Source of the DNA: Eledone cirrhosa
Taxonomy: Eukaryota
Direction: 5' to 3'
NCBI GenBank assembly: GCA_964016885.1
Contig: OZ024743.1
Span: 376,402,001 to 376,466,000 of the forward strand
DNA length: 64,000 nucleotides
The notes under the pieces were generated by a model. It did no database searches, was not told where the DNA came from, and saw nothing but the letters and a program-made list of their open reading frames with translations. The position numbers and the translations under genes are program-made. Of this stretch, positions 15,151-33,672 are shown piece after piece; position 1 is the stretch's first letter; every line of letters begins with the position of its first letter.

Positions 15151-15760
15151 GTCAGGTCACCAGTTGGTGCTACTGGTAACATGTGTATCCCAGTACAACC
15201 TGTCCCATGGTCGGGTCGTTGGCGACTAAACTGGCAACCCCACCAAGGTTTCTTGGTGAGGAGGGTGACTTTGGACATCCTGCAGGACTAAAAACAAGAC
15301 CTGTCAAAGGGCAAAGGAGCTCTTAAGAGTCAATGGCCATCCAAAATCACCGGAGAGATGACCCCTTAGCCTTTGTCAAGGCAGAATTCTAGGAGAAGGA
15401 AAACTCTGATATAACACCTGCAACTCTGATGGTATCCAATGATGTTGACTTGTTCTTCTTTTTGGTAAATATCATCTTGGTTAAGAGAGTGGGACTGGCT
15501 TTGTGCAGTGCCTTTGCTCAATATAAAAGCTTCACGGCACAGGCATTGCTTTATATCTGGAGATCTCTCTGCACTTGTCGTCACAGGGTACCATGGCCCC
15601 AGCACTATGTGTCAATATTTGTCACAAGTGTAGTGTTTGTACCAGAGTTTTCAAGTCGCTGGCTGGACTAAAAGGTCACACTCGTTCAGTGCATCGGTAG
15701 GGGTTCTCCTATATGGATATAAAGTAGTGGCCGTACTCGAAAACGAGTTGGCAGCCACCA
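15151..15760 (+). mobile_element. Bipartite non-autonomous RTE derivative (5' UTR + last C2H2 finger + 3' tail)
   Basis: 15340-15550 aligns with 35775-36003; 15623-15700 encodes [25 protein letters not shown]; the 3' end matches 39882-39913. Confidence 0.85.
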
Positions 15761-17370
<1,610 letters not shown>

Positions 17371-17607
17371 GACCATACATAAAATCAAGGATATGTGGAA
17401 GATTGTTGCCGGCCATTGAATGAATAGAAAAATGGCGGTGAATGTAAACTAAAGAAGGGATTTTTCCTTCTTTTTTCTCTGTCGATCTCCGTAACCACCA
17501 ACGTTTGTGTTCAGCAGCACGTGTGTGGAGTATTTGCCAATATTGCCCTACCCCTCGTCTCCTTCACCCACCCTCCATACTTTGATTCTTATCTTTTTTT
17601 TTTTGCT

Positions 17608-19160
<1,553 letters not shown>

Positions 19161-19705
19161 TAGTAATAAAGATATATGTAAGTAAAATTAAAAATAAAAC
19201 TATAAAAAAATGAATATTTTTTTTGAACTCGTCTTTTCTGGGATTGAACAGTCATCACCCCGTCCCCTCCTCTCTGCTCCCACACCTTTTTTTCGTGGGT
19301 ATTTTACTCACGTTATGATTTTCCTATGATATTGCAACATCTAGCAAACAGTTCATACACTTAAGCTCCCGGTTTCTCTTTCTTTTTAATCACCATCTGG
19401 TAGGTTTCACACTAATTTCTTTCCCAGCTTATATTGTGTGTATATGTGTGTGTATATGTGTGTGTATATATGTGTGTATATGTGTATATATATGTGTGTA
19501 TATGTGTGTATGTGTGTATATGTGTGTATGTATGTGTACATTTCTATGTATATATATATATGTGTGCATACGTATGTGTATATACGTATATATATATATA
19601 TATTTGTATGTGAATGTGTGTATGTATGTATGTGTGTATACGCGCGCGTGTGTGTATACATATATATGCATGTGAGTGTATGTGTGTATGTTTGGGTGCG
19701 TGCAC

Positions 19706-19748
<43 letters not shown>

Positions 19749-19752
19749 CAAA

Positions 19753-19786
<34 letters not shown>

Positions 19787-19829
19787 CATATATATATATA
19801 CATACATATATATATATATATATTTGTAC

Positions 19830-19862
<33 letters not shown>

Positions 19863-19931
19863 CATACATACATATATATATAATATATATACACATATAT
19901 ATATAATATATATATACACACACATATATAT

Positions 19932-19986
<55 letters not shown>

Positions 19987-20033
19987 CATATATATATACA
20001 TACATATACATGCATATGTGTGTGTATATATAC

Positions 20034-20080
<47 letters not shown>

Positions 20081-20238
20081 CATACATATACATACATGCA
20101 TATGTGTGTGTGTAGGTGAGAGCGAGTGTATATGTTGGCAGAATTTATAAATACTAAAACAACAAAAAACAATAATACTCTAGGTTTTATTCAAGTGTCC
20201 TCCTTCTCTTCCTCCTCCTTATACTCCCCTGCCCCCTT

Positions 20239-20296
<58 letters not shown>

Positions 20297-20545
20297 ATTC
20301 TGTGTGACTTTCTCTCTGTCTTTATTCCTATCTCTATTTGTTTAGCTTTATCTCCTCTTCCCACCACTCCACTCTTTCTCCCCACCTCAACTCTCTCTCA
20401 ATGCAATATAATAAACCTGAATGTCCACAACTCATGAAATAAGCACAAACACACACATACACACACATATATATATATATCACAAATACACACACACATA
20501 TATATATATCACAAATACACACACACATATATATATATCACAAAT

Positions 20546-20576
<31 letters not shown>

Positions 20577-20660
20577 CATTACACAAACACAACGCGCATT
20601 CACAAATTCACACATTCACACTCATAAATACACACACATTCAAACAAACAAACCCCCCCC

Positions 20661-20701
<41 letters not shown>

Positions 20702-20760
20702 CACTCACATCCTTTTATATATATATATATATATATATAAAAATAGACATACACTCACAT

Positions 20761-20807
<47 letters not shown>

Positions 20808-21399
20808 TACATACACGTACACATGCACACACAAATACACACACATTCAAACACACAAATACACACACACACAAACACACACACACACACACAGACACAG
20901 GCACACACAGGAAGGAGCTGCTCCTTTTACCGGATATCTATTTAGCCAAACAAATGAAAACTCTTTTATATATATATATTCTCCCCACCATTGGAAACTT
21001 CAACACAATTAGTGATGTACCAAAATCTGTGCTTCTATTTATTATAGGAAAATATCATAGCAAAACTGGATATCAACGTAAAGGGGAATAAATCACATTA
21101 AATATGAACAAAAATATATATGTATAACAAATAACAAACAAACAAAAAAAAAACGTAAAAGAAATACAAACAAATAAAAACTAATAAAAACAAAACAAAA
21201 ACTACACCTTGTAGACTAAAAAAATATTGATCATTGATATATGGAATATATATATATATATATGATAGATATATGTACATACACAAATATATATGAATGT
21301 ATATATACACATACACACACACATATATATATATATATATACAAATATATATATATATAAATATATATATATATATGTGTGTATATATTTATGTATGCG

Positions 21400-21435
<36 letters not shown>

Positions 21436-23126
21436 CTTACATACATACATACATACATATATACACACCACACACACACACACATAAATATATATACATT
21501 GCAATATTTTCTATTTCATCTTTGTTATTATAATGGTTGTTGATGTTCTTGTTATTATTAACACGAACTCCCACCCCCTATATCGCGGCTCTATCCCTAC
21601 CCCTATAAATACTAACATGATCTTTATTAATTCTTCACTCTAGAGGTTTTGGGCCTTTTTTTTTTCTTGTCATATCATTTTTTTCTATTCAATATCTAGA
21701 TTGTTCTATATTCAAACAACAGAAGCGAAAGAGACGAAGGTTTATATAATTCAATAAACATATGAAATATTGTTTCAGCTTAAAATTGAAATCGTACATA
21801 GAAAGAACAGCCTCTTATCATCATTGGTTATTTATTATCAACAGAGTCTGATCTGCCCCCTTCTCTCCCTATCACTCTTTCTCTTAATATATATACATAA
21901 ATATGTTTGTTTGTGTGTGTATGTGTATGGTTGTAAGTGTGTGTATGTGTATAACACACACTCACACACATATATATATATATCCATATATATGCATATA
22001 TATATACACACACATTATAAATGAATACATATACATATATATACATATATATATTATATATAAATACATACACACACATATATATACATATATATATACA
22101 TATATATATTATATATATGTATATATATATGTGTGTACATATATATTTATTAATATAATATATATATATATATGTACATATATATTTATTAAAATATATA
22201 TGTGTGTATGTGTGTGTATATGTCTGTGTATGTGTGTATGTGTGTGTGTATGTGTGTGTGAATGAGTGAGCGCGTGCGCATCAATGTGACCATGTGTACA
22301 ACCTACCTTTGAACTTAGCGGTGTTACTTAAATCTCTCTGAATATGTGTAGGGTGGCATTGATAGGGTGGGAATGAATAAATCAACAACTCGTCGGTGAT
22401 GTTATTACGATGTCTTATTATCTTGAAGAAGAATTAGAAGAAATATGAGGGAGTGGTGTTGTTAGTAGTGGAAGCAATAGTCATGGGGGTAGGGGGGCAG
22501 GGAAAGTCATAAATACACACCTAAAAGACAAAGAAAAAAAAATGGAAGATCGTATAAATGGCCGCCATAGATTGTTACAATGTTAGTGGAGAAAAGCTAA
22601 ACCAAGTGTACGGATATCTGTATTGTTTTCAGTGGAAACAATGACAGAGATTATTGTATATTGTAATGGCAGGCGGCGCTGGGAGCGGGTTGGTGTTTGC
22701 GTATGTCGTAGTTCAGGTGCTGTTGTTGTTGTAGTTGTTGTTGTAGTAGAGAGAAGTCTGTGGATGTATGGAGTTTATTTTTTTTCAACTCATCCAAGAT
22801 GGTTTGTAATTTGTTGATAACAAAGTTATCTTTCGTTCAACAGTCAAGAACGAAAGAACCAGAGTTTTAAAACATTCGTCGACAGCTAAGAAAAAAAAAA
22901 AAAAGAAAGAATAGAAAAAAATGAAATCTGTTTGTGTTATACAACAGCAATAATAACTCCACCGCCTCTTCTTCCGCTTACTCCCCTCCTCGTCCCCCTC
23001 CTTCTCCTCCTCCACATCCTCCGCTTCTTCTTCTTCTTCTTTTTCTTCTTCTACTACTATTACTACTAATGCTGGTGGTGGTGGTGGTGGTGGTGGTGGT
23101 ACTACTACTATTACTACTACTACTAT

Positions 23127-23173
<47 letters not shown>

Positions 23174-23174
23174 A

Positions 23175-24462
23175 TAATAATAATAATAATAATGATTTCT
23201 TTATTGGCCACAAGGCTGACATCAAGGCTGACATCATTACATACGGCACAGGACGGTACGATGTGGGTTTTGTGCGTGTAAATATTTTTATTATTTATAT
23301 AAGAAAAGAAAAAAAAGACATAGAAACATATATATATATATAAACAATAAAAATGAAAACTGAAACAATGAAAAATTCCCCAATAGAGGGGAAAACCTCC
23401 AAGGGTTACTCGTGGCGAAAACCACACAAAAGACCACGGCCACCCTGACCACCAGGGCAAGCGCCCTCTCTCAATGTTTCCATTTCTCAAACTACAGACA
23501 TATATTCAGAGTGGTCCCGTTCACTCGGACCATTCTCGCTACATTCACCCACCTTTCAACAAACTTGCTAGAAGGCAGCACTTGCCTCTCCACCCTGATT
23601 TTCCTCTTCAAGTGAACTTGAAAAAGTTAATTAGGGATTCGCCGAAGAGGAAAGTGTCTGTCTTTAACCCTTTCAACCTTGTCCACCACACAATCTCTTT
23701 CGCCATGGCCACCAGGCAGATGAAAACCGCCTGCCCTTCCTCCTCGAAGGAAGACGGCGAGACCATCTGCACAATGGACTCAGTCGATAACCGGATCAGT
23801 CCTACACGCGACAGCAACTGTTCGACATAGCTCCACAAGTCAGCAATGCTCGGGCACTGAACGAGTGCGTGCACGACGGTTTCGTCGCTCTGCGCGCATC
23901 TCGGACAGGCTCGGCTGACGGCACTTCCGTGCCTGTAGAGCTTATCTCGAACCGGCAGCGCTCCCCGGTAGCACTGCCAGGCCAGGGATTTTTGGAAGTT
24001 ATCCATAGCCCCTGGGTTGAAAGTTCTCCGGAAGAGAGCAAACAGCTGATCTTCTTCGACGCCCAGGATCTCTCCGAGAACGTCGTCGCTCTTCCCCTCC
24101 ACTCGTCCTCTATAGAACGCCGAGGTGGATGTTCCACCGATACTGCTGCCCAGCAGTGAGCGCTTGGAGACATTCCAGTTTCCAAGCGCTATCCCTCGGT
24201 CTTTTTCTGACCCAGGACTGCAGCTCCGTCAAGGAGACGAGCTGTGGGAAAATGTGCCTGGCGAACGGCAACCACACCTGTTCACCGTCAACGAAGCACC
24301 AGAGATGTCGCAGCCTCAGCGCATGTTTGTGCATCATTAGTCATGGCATGCCCAGTCCTCCACGCAACGGGTGTTGACAGCAGATGGATCGTCTGACCAT
24401 GGGAGCGCGTCCCTTCCACAAAAAGCGGAAGAGGAGGCGCTCCATTTTGGTGAGAGTTGGAT
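23175..24462 (-). mobile_element. L1/Tx1-clade LINE 3' portion (RT-associated zinc-binding domain and 3' UTR)
   Basis: FRFLWKGRAPMVRR..GGLGMP; AWQCYRGALPVRDKL..CPRCAQSDETVVHALVQCP; ends AATAAAGAAATC(ATT)n. Confidence 0.85.
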
Positions 24463-24740
24463 TATTTCTACTTTTGGCACTTAGCAAGCAATTTGGAATG
24501 AAGGGGTAAGTCGATTAAATCGACCCCAGTGTGTTACTGGTACTTTATATGATCGGATCCAAGAAGATGAAGGAAAAGTTGACCTCAGTAGGATTTGAAC
24601 CCAGAACGTAGAACACCGGAAAAAAAATTGTTTCTACTTTTGGCACAAGGCCAGCAATTACCCAGTACATTACTGGTACTTTATTTTATCGTCCCCGTAA
24701 GGATGAAAGGCAAAGTTAACCTCGGCGGGATTTGAATGTT
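24460..24740 (-). mobile_element. Two adjacent tRNA-derived SINE fragments
   Basis: GGATTTGAAC (reverse B-box) and ggatgaaaggcaaagttaacctcggcggg body. Confidence 0.8.
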
Positions 24741-25070
24741 ACGCAGTTGTGCGACGCTCTATAGACACTCATTTAGACGCAAAGTTAGTAATTTGTGCGT
24801 GTGAGTTTGTGGGCGGAGTGGGAATGGATGGGGGATAGTTGAATCATCCACAGGTGGATTTTCTTTATTTTGCCATTAAAGTAATTAGATGAATCGTCAT
24901 TTTTTACATACAGTCACACTGGACATTGGAAAGTGGTGTTGGTTACAGAAAAACATGTATAAGCCAAAGTTGTACAAAAATATGAGAAGGACGTTATACG
25001 TACAAAAAATACGTTAAAAAATGTACAAAAAGAACGTAAAAAAATGTACAAAATATACAAAAAATGTACA

Positions 25071-25338
<268 letters not shown>

Positions 25339-25391
25339 GGGATTATGTAGGACTCACACAGTAAATAAAACTATATATTATTTAAGAAAGG

Positions 25392-25540
25392 TTGAGGTCA
25401 AATCCCGCTGAGTTTAACTTTGCCTTTCATCCTTACGGGGTCGATAAAATAAAGTACCAGTAACGCACTGGGGTCTATTTTATCGACTCCCTCCCCTCCT
25501 TCAAATCGCTGGTCTTGTGCCTAATGTAGAAACAATTATT
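25392..25540 (+). mobile_element. 5'-truncated SINE with TSD
   Basis: attatttaagaaaggt occurs on both sides. Confidence 0.85.
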
Positions 25541-26046
25541 TAAGAAAGGTACACACAAAATCATTTAGGAATTTCACCAGCATACGTTGTTTGTGTTGAT
25601 GTTGTAGGCGGTGTTGGTGGAACGTGTTGAAATATAGACAGGTTAAAATAATTGTGTGAAGGCGCGTGGCTTAGTGGTTAAAGAATTGTATTCGCAATCG
25701 TGAGCTTGCAAGTTCAATTCTCGGCCCGGGTGATACGTTCTGCCAGGAGTTGCGACTGATAGATAATATCAGCAATGGAAAGTCCAATGAAAACATTGTT
25801 TCCTTGGTCCGATTTGACGAGGTCCACCCCACTCGGGAAGCGAACGAGGTCTGGGATCTTGTTGATCGGTCAGAACGAATATCACTATAATCAAGGATCA
25901 AATCTCATTACAACAAACTTAATTATTTAATAATACTTTAGTGATTAAAGCAAGGATTATTTCAATTGATTCCGTTGCATATTTTCCGTTTCCTTTAAAA
26001 ATTTGCTCATAGCTCTTATCAAAGCAAATCATTATTTTATCTATAA

Positions 26047-26236
26047 GGGCGGTGGATTGGCAGTATCAGTAGAGGGTCGGACGTCATGCTTTCCAGCATA
26101 GTTACGTCCCTTTACGATCTGAGTTCAAATCCCGCCGAGGTTAACTTTGCCTTTCATCCTTACGGGGTCGATAAAATAAAGTACCAGTAATGCACTGGGT
26201 AATTGCTGGTCTTGTGCCTAAAGTAGAGACAATTAT
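26047..26236 (+). mobile_element. Full-length tRNA-derived SINE with TSD
   Basis: A/B boxes; attattttatctataagggc duplicated at 26031 and 26232. Confidence 0.9.
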
Positions 26237-26818
26237 TTTATCTATAAGGGCTGGTATATTAAATAACATATTTCCATGCCACCATAGTACTCACTATGTT
26301 TATATGGCTGAAAAAATGGAGTCGCCATGCATCTCTACAGTTCCCCCAATTCATTTATATACGCCCGAATTCCTTGACACTAATAGCCGGGGATCACAAC
26401 CGATATATTTGGCAACATTATCCTTACAAGATCCTCTAACGCTTTTTATTTCAGTATGACAAAATAATCGACAGCACATCTCCCTCTTGTGCTCAAAATA
26501 TATCAGTACCAGTATTTTTCCTGCTCCTTACATTCTGAATTCAAATGTCGTCGAGGTCAACGCTTGCTTTCATCCTCTTGGGGTCGATAAAATAAACTAC
26601 TAGTCACGTACTAGGGTCGGTATAATCGAAGTTCTTCTCCCCATAAATTGTTGGCCTTATACCTAAATTAGAAATGGGTATTGTTATTTTATATGTAATG
26701 TTCTATGCGCATTGTTATAACCTCCTAGAAACTTTTTGTTACGTATCCCGCAATGCTTCACGCAAACGCACGTACACACGTACACACACACACGATTAGA
26801 TATACATACATGCACATA

Positions 26819-26882
<64 letters not shown>

Positions 26883-27189
26883 TGCTAGGAAGAGTTGGGG
26901 CCTGATGGCTGAGCTCCTGCCGTTAGGGTTAGAGTTATCCCAAATATCGAGTATTCTGTTGAATAATAGTCTAACTAGTTTAATACTGGTTAATCCTAAA
27001 ATATTGTTTCTGGTAACATTTCAAAGGCAAGAAAATTAATGAAAATGAAAAAGTTTTAGCTAATTTACAAATTAATTTATTTCTCTGAATTGTTGACTGG
27101 ATTTCTATATTGATCACAGAATTATTTCGTTTTTGATAATAGATATTTAATTTTCCTGTCTGTATTCTTGGTGAGAATCGAACTCTTAA

Positions 27190-27540
27190 AGCTTGGTTTT
27201 GTATTTAAACATTATGTATTGTATGTACCCATAACTGCTGATGGAGTCGTAGGGGCGCCGTAGTGACATACACCTTGTCATTTGTATTTTAAACCTGACA
27301 GAGCCCCTCCCCCAAAATACAGTTGATTTCTTCCAAAGAAGAAAGAATGATAGAGAAGAAGCGAGAAAGAGATATAGAGCAAAAATTAAGCCCAGCATTA
27401 TATTTTTTTACTTTATTTTAACGACCTCTAATAGCTGAAAGGCAAAGTTGACCTCGGTGAGATTTGAACTCGAAGCACAGAGATCCGGAACAAATACCGC
27501 AAAACATTCTATCCGACGTTCTAGCCAATTCACCACTCCC
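27190..27540 (-). mobile_element. Older SINE with extended 3' tail; relatives at 26530-26680, 29430-29560 and 30370-30620
   Basis: aaaggcaaagttgacctcggtgagatttgaactc; the tail ggagtcgtagggg is shared with 30390. Confidence 0.65.
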
Positions 27541-27840
27541 CTTTATGGATTACGGATGAGTTTAGTCTCTGTTAAATCTTTTAATTGAAGTGGCAGCTGA
27601 GTGGAGAAATGAAGAATCTTGAAGCTCCCTCACTGGATGTTGAACAACTCGCCTTTAGCGAAAAACCACTTAATTCAGACGGCAGCTAAAAGCCAACTAC
27701 TTTTACTGGTTTAATTATTCAACCAGGAATGCGTTTAATGTAGAAGTGAGTATTGTACATACTATCTAATTAGGAATGCTGTTGTAGTTGAACAATTGAA
27801 GGTTTTACACATATTATATATAATATATATACACAAAGAA

Positions 27841-27894
<54 letters not shown>

Positions 27895-30800
27895 GTGTGG
27901 GTATGTATATATAACACTTAATTAAAGAAGCAACTAGATTTGTGGCGTTATATGTATCCCTTCTTTTTCACAAGGGATATCTCTTAAATAACACTCTTAA
28001 CCGCATTATAAAAAAAACAAAACAATACAAAAACAGGAATCAAAACAAGCAAATAAAAATACAACAACAATAACAACAAAGTCTATCTACGACAATTTAT
28101 GAGAAATGACGATCTCTTGGCAACGACTGATTCAGTTGATAAATTCACTACCGAACGGCAGCTGAACTTATGTATATGGCTGAAACCAGCATAATAAACT
28201 AAAGATTTCTGTGAGAACAGCTGACTCTGATACAGTGTTGAGAATACGTGGAAGAAGGCAAATACTTCTAAGAGCTGCTATTGCTGTTTGTGTCAATACT
28301 GTGTGGATGATATTAGATTAAAGGCACACATTTCAGTGAATAGCTGCTTGATGGAGTGCAAATAGTTTGTTATTTTTGAATATTGAAGGAAGATATTATA
28401 TTAGAAATATATTTGCAATGAATAATATATTGTAGCTTAAAGAAGGTGTTGGCATAGAGTTAGAATTTCGAGGATTGCTAAATTATACGTAACGAGACAT
28501 TGATTAATCTTAATAAAAACTGTTTAGAGACGAATTATATGAAAGTAGCGCGATGAAAGCTAGTCTCAGGCTATGAGAGGTAATAAATATTTAGTTGTTG
28601 AAGGAGAGAAGGCGAGAGGAGTCATGATACCACTCAAAGGTTATGTATATTTAAAAGTCTATTTGTTAATCACTCTACCACAGATTTAGAGTTCATATTG
28701 TCTGTATCTAACTTTACGAGGAAGAAAGGGAAAGAAGAGATAAATATTATATAGCTTATTCGTCTATCACTGATAACTTTCCCCGGTTAGCTTGGTAATA
28801 AATGCGTTAGAGAGAGGGAAAGCAAAATAACACACACCGTATATACCCGTGTATAAATCGTACCTCAATTTTGCATACTTACAACGAACAATTCAATGAA
28901 CAATTCTGTGTATATCTGGTTTATAATAGGTACACCACCCCTGCACGTCGTAAGAAGTGATTAAAAAGGGCTGGCGCCAGGTAGAACACTCGACCGTAAA
29001 ATTTGATGTTAAAATCTGTTGGGTAGTTTTAGCATAGTGGTTTATGCAGTTGTTTAGTCTACAGCTGCTACAACGTTCGATTCTCACCAGCGGTTCTGTA
29101 GCATTCATTCTTTCCTGTCATATTTCACGTGTATAAAAATGCTTCATTGAAGTTTAAGCATATCATCAACAAAATCTTAAATCATTACATTTATTCTGAG
29201 TTTATCTCCGTCAACGTGAGTGTATCGGCCCATGTCCAGAGTCATCCCTTCACCGAAAACAAAGCTGAAAATTTCCTTCTTCTTAGCTTCATTGTTTTTT
29301 CCATTGCTGATACTATCTATCGCAAATACTGGCAGAAGTGTCGTCACTATTCCAGTTAAAGAAGGTCGGATTTGAACTCGTGACACACAGAATAGGAACA
29401 GATAACGCTAATTCTCCGTTCTTGGTCTGGTTCTTTATATTTCGACACCGAAAGGATGAAAGGCAGGATTGACCTGAGCGGGATTTGAACTCAGAGCATA
29501 GAGAGTTTGAACAAATACCACAAAAACCTTCTTTCTAACGTCTTAACCATTCGGCCGTTTTGTTATCAATATAATATGTACCCACAATATTTTTTTTAAA
29601 ACAAAACAAGTAAAAATAAAATAAAATAAAATAAAATAAAAATAAAATTAAAAACAAAAATAAAAACATACTCACTTAAAAAATTCTCATAATGTTTTTT
29701 TCTTTATATTCAAATACCTAAATAAAATTGAAATTCCTTCGAAACTGTTTTATGTTGTATATGGGTAAGTATGCAAGTAAATATTTCCCATTATCCAATA
29801 ATTCTGACTGAATTCAGCAGTAAGTTTTTGGACATCGTTGTCTGATCTGTCAGAATTTGATGTAAACCTCATTTGCGTCCGGGAGAAAAGAAAAAAATAG
29901 ATATATTTAAGAAAAAAACTACTTATAAATTGCCTGGAATTTCTCCTTTTCTTTAAACTGAAAGTAAAAGTAAATTTCTATTCCTTTCTTTTATATTGGT
30001 ACGTGCGATGGAGTTTTAGCCGTCATTTTATTGTTCTTTATTGGTGGAGATACGTTTAGCTAAATCGTAAAACGTGAAACGATCTATTAAAATCAATAGT
30101 AAAACAGACATAGATACTTTAAATATCTAATTGAAGTAGCAGTGCAAGATTATCTTGAGAAACATGTTTCGTATAGAAATGAGACTGTTATGGGTCAGTT
30201 GTTATATCGTTTAAAATGTCCCATATGAAATAATATACGTGAAGTATTTGCAAAAAGGGAGTTTTGTATTCTGACTTTGAAGCTTTTCCAAAAACCATCA
30301 TTTGGAAATGAAGTTAGATAAAAATGAAATGAATCCTACTGTAAATCATAACTGAATCTTCCGCCTTCATCCTTAGCCCTTAACTTCCGACGGAGTCGTA
30401 GGGGTACTATTCTGACATATGGAGTATCTTGGGTATTTTAACCTAGGAACGTAGCTGATTTCTTCCAGAGAAACAATCGATCACAGTACTGGATTGGTAC
30501 TGTATTTATCGACTTCGAAAGGATGAAAGCAAAATTGACCCAGGTGAGATATGAACTTAAAGCATAGTGAACCGGTACACATACAGAAACATTTTTAAGC
30601 CGACGCCTCAGCGGCTTATCGTATAGATGATCGCCAACTCACTGTCTAGATACTTGAATCGTGAAATACCTAATTCTACTTAAACCGATATAGAAAAATA
30701 TGTCGTTTATTTTGTCATAATGACTTTCATATTTCAGGAGATGGATGGAATGAGATAAAGCAATATTCATGACTTCCTTGACGATGTTAGTTGTGTAGCT

Positions 30801-32093
30801 GAAGTGAAATGTATGCCCCATCCAGCATTGAAACTATGTCACAGTATTTCTGCCTGTTGGAGCATCGTTGTTCTACGACATTTACTACTATATATTACAA
30901 GATATTATAATATATTAAAACAAAATAATTCTCACGTGACCAGATTTAAACTTGATCTCTAAAGGTGTTTATATATAGCAGAGATTATTGGCACACATTT
31001 CTGAAGCACATTAGCTAAAAATACAAAGTCAGTAAGAATTAGTTTAAGAAAATTTGGTAATTTCTACTGCGTTGAGAAGTTAAGGATTCATAAATGATCA
31101 TAGAAAAGATATTACAAAGAGTTGCTTTCACGCGAGGAGTGAAGAAAAACACGTTTTAGACAATGGCCTTTCTTCCGAAACCAAGAATATAAAGATGTTG
31201 ATATCGTGATCACAAGAAGGTGAATGGAGAATTCATAGTTTTGAAATAAAATACACTATTGCTGTTGTTTTTGTTACTTTGTTTCAAATCAGTGTCGACT
31301 TATGATCAAAGTCATTCCAGTATACACATTCCATCTATTTTGACTAAATTGTCTCAAGTGTCATGTATTTTTTTAAAACAAAGCGCTGTAATTTAAAACA
31401 CGTTTTGGCTGCCTTTTCTAACAGGTCTAGTAGCCACGTGGTAGCTCATTCATTGGTTAGTATTTTTGTTATTGCTATTGCTGTTTAGCCCCAAATAAGC
31501 CCCTATTGAGCGGACAGCTGATCCAAGGGATACCATCCGTGACCATACTCTGTCTTATTAAGGCTAACTAGGACGACATTATTATCTAATATGTCTTTTC
31601 CATATCTCAGTGACTAAGGTATGATCTGAGAGGGGGATTAGACTGCTATTTCGAGCATTGCTGTATTGCAGTTATGTAGGTTTGAGAGATATTTTTTAAG
31701 CAAAAGTTTTACAAAGTAGGATGACAGAGTTCGAAATATATGGTTTTAGCACAAATATATGATTGGCTTTGAAATATTTCGAAGGAAATGATTTTGCTGT
31801 TAACATCAGTTGACAAATAATTAAAATCTGTGTAGAAATGGCACTATTTCCGTTTGAATCTCATTTTAGTGGAAATTAAAAGTACTGTATCGCACAAGCA
31901 AGTGCACTAAACATAGAGGGGGGTTTATGAAAACTATATGAATATATATATATATATATATGGAAAAGAATGAAACGAAATTTCATTTCTCACTCTTAGT
32001 ACATACATACATACTTACGTTTATATATATATATATATATATACATACATACATACATACGCATATATTCATACATTTATGTATATATATATG

Positions 32094-32124
<31 letters not shown>

Positions 32125-32157
32125 ATATACATACATACGGATACATTCATACATACA

Positions 32158-32227
<70 letters not shown>

Positions 32228-32281
32228 TATGTATATATATAAATATGCATATGTATATATATATGCATATGTATATATATA

Positions 32282-32326
<45 letters not shown>

Positions 32327-32463
32327 ATATATATATATATATATATGGGTGTGTATGTGTGGGTGTGTGTGAGTATATAGTTTGCATAAATACATATATA
32401 GATACATAGATACATACATATATAAATACATAAATACATAAATACATAAATATACACGCACAC

Positions 32464-32501
<38 letters not shown>

Positions 32502-32926
32502 ATGCGTGTGTCTATGTATGTGTATGTATGTGTATGTGTATGTATGTGTATGATGTGTATGTATGTATACGTATATGTGAATGTGTGCGCATGTATGTGT
32601 GTGTGTGTGTGTGCACGTGAGTGTATCTGTAAGAGAGAGACATAGAGGGAGAGGAAGTGGGGAAAAGATTTATAGTTAGTTTTTTAAAAATCAAAATGAC
32701 GCTTTAAAAACAGAATGATTCTACTTGAAATGGACGTTAACAAAGCTACTCTCTGCAAAGACAATTATCAAAATTGGTTTCGGAAAATTGAATATTTCTC
32801 AACTAACCGTGCTTACTGAACGAATACAGAAATTGTTCGTTAGAACTTTTATATTCATAGTAATTTAGATAATTTCAGAATTTCAGCTGAAATCAAGCAA
32901 AGGAAAAGAAGGAAACGAAATAAAAC

Positions 32927-32980
<54 letters not shown>

Positions 32981-33044
32981 GTGTGTATGTATGTATGTGT
33001 GTATGTATCTGTGTATGTATATGTTCATGTATATATATATGTGC

Positions 33045-33179
<135 letters not shown>

Positions 33180-33260
33180 ACCATGCAATGTGTGTATGCG
33201 TGTGGAAAATATATAAAAGATTTCAAATATATATATCTATCTATATAAATATAAATATAT

Positions 33261-33325
<65 letters not shown>

Positions 33326-33533
33326 TATAATAAAAATAAAAAATATACTATATCTATTCATAATGTACAAACACACTCACACACCCACACACACACACGT
33401 ATGTCTATACTTGTATGGTTTTATGTATGTATGTATGTATGTATGTATGTATGTATGTATGTATGTATGTATGTATGTATGTATGTATGCATGTATGTAT
33501 GTATATATGTGTATATGTATTATAAATGTATTA

Positions 33534-33580
<47 letters not shown>

Positions 33581-33631
33581 TTTTACACTTTTATATATAT
33601 ATATATGTATACTTACATACACCCACACACC

Positions 33632-33672
<41 letters not shown>

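Noticed and set aside
27186-30470. Paralogous exon pair at 27.2 kb and 30.4 kb
   Set aside because: Both are contiguous with SINE bodies and contain stops; more likely SINE tails
30639-30880. Exon-like segment ending in GTGAGT
   Set aside because: No frame is open across the whole segment and there is no recognisable domain
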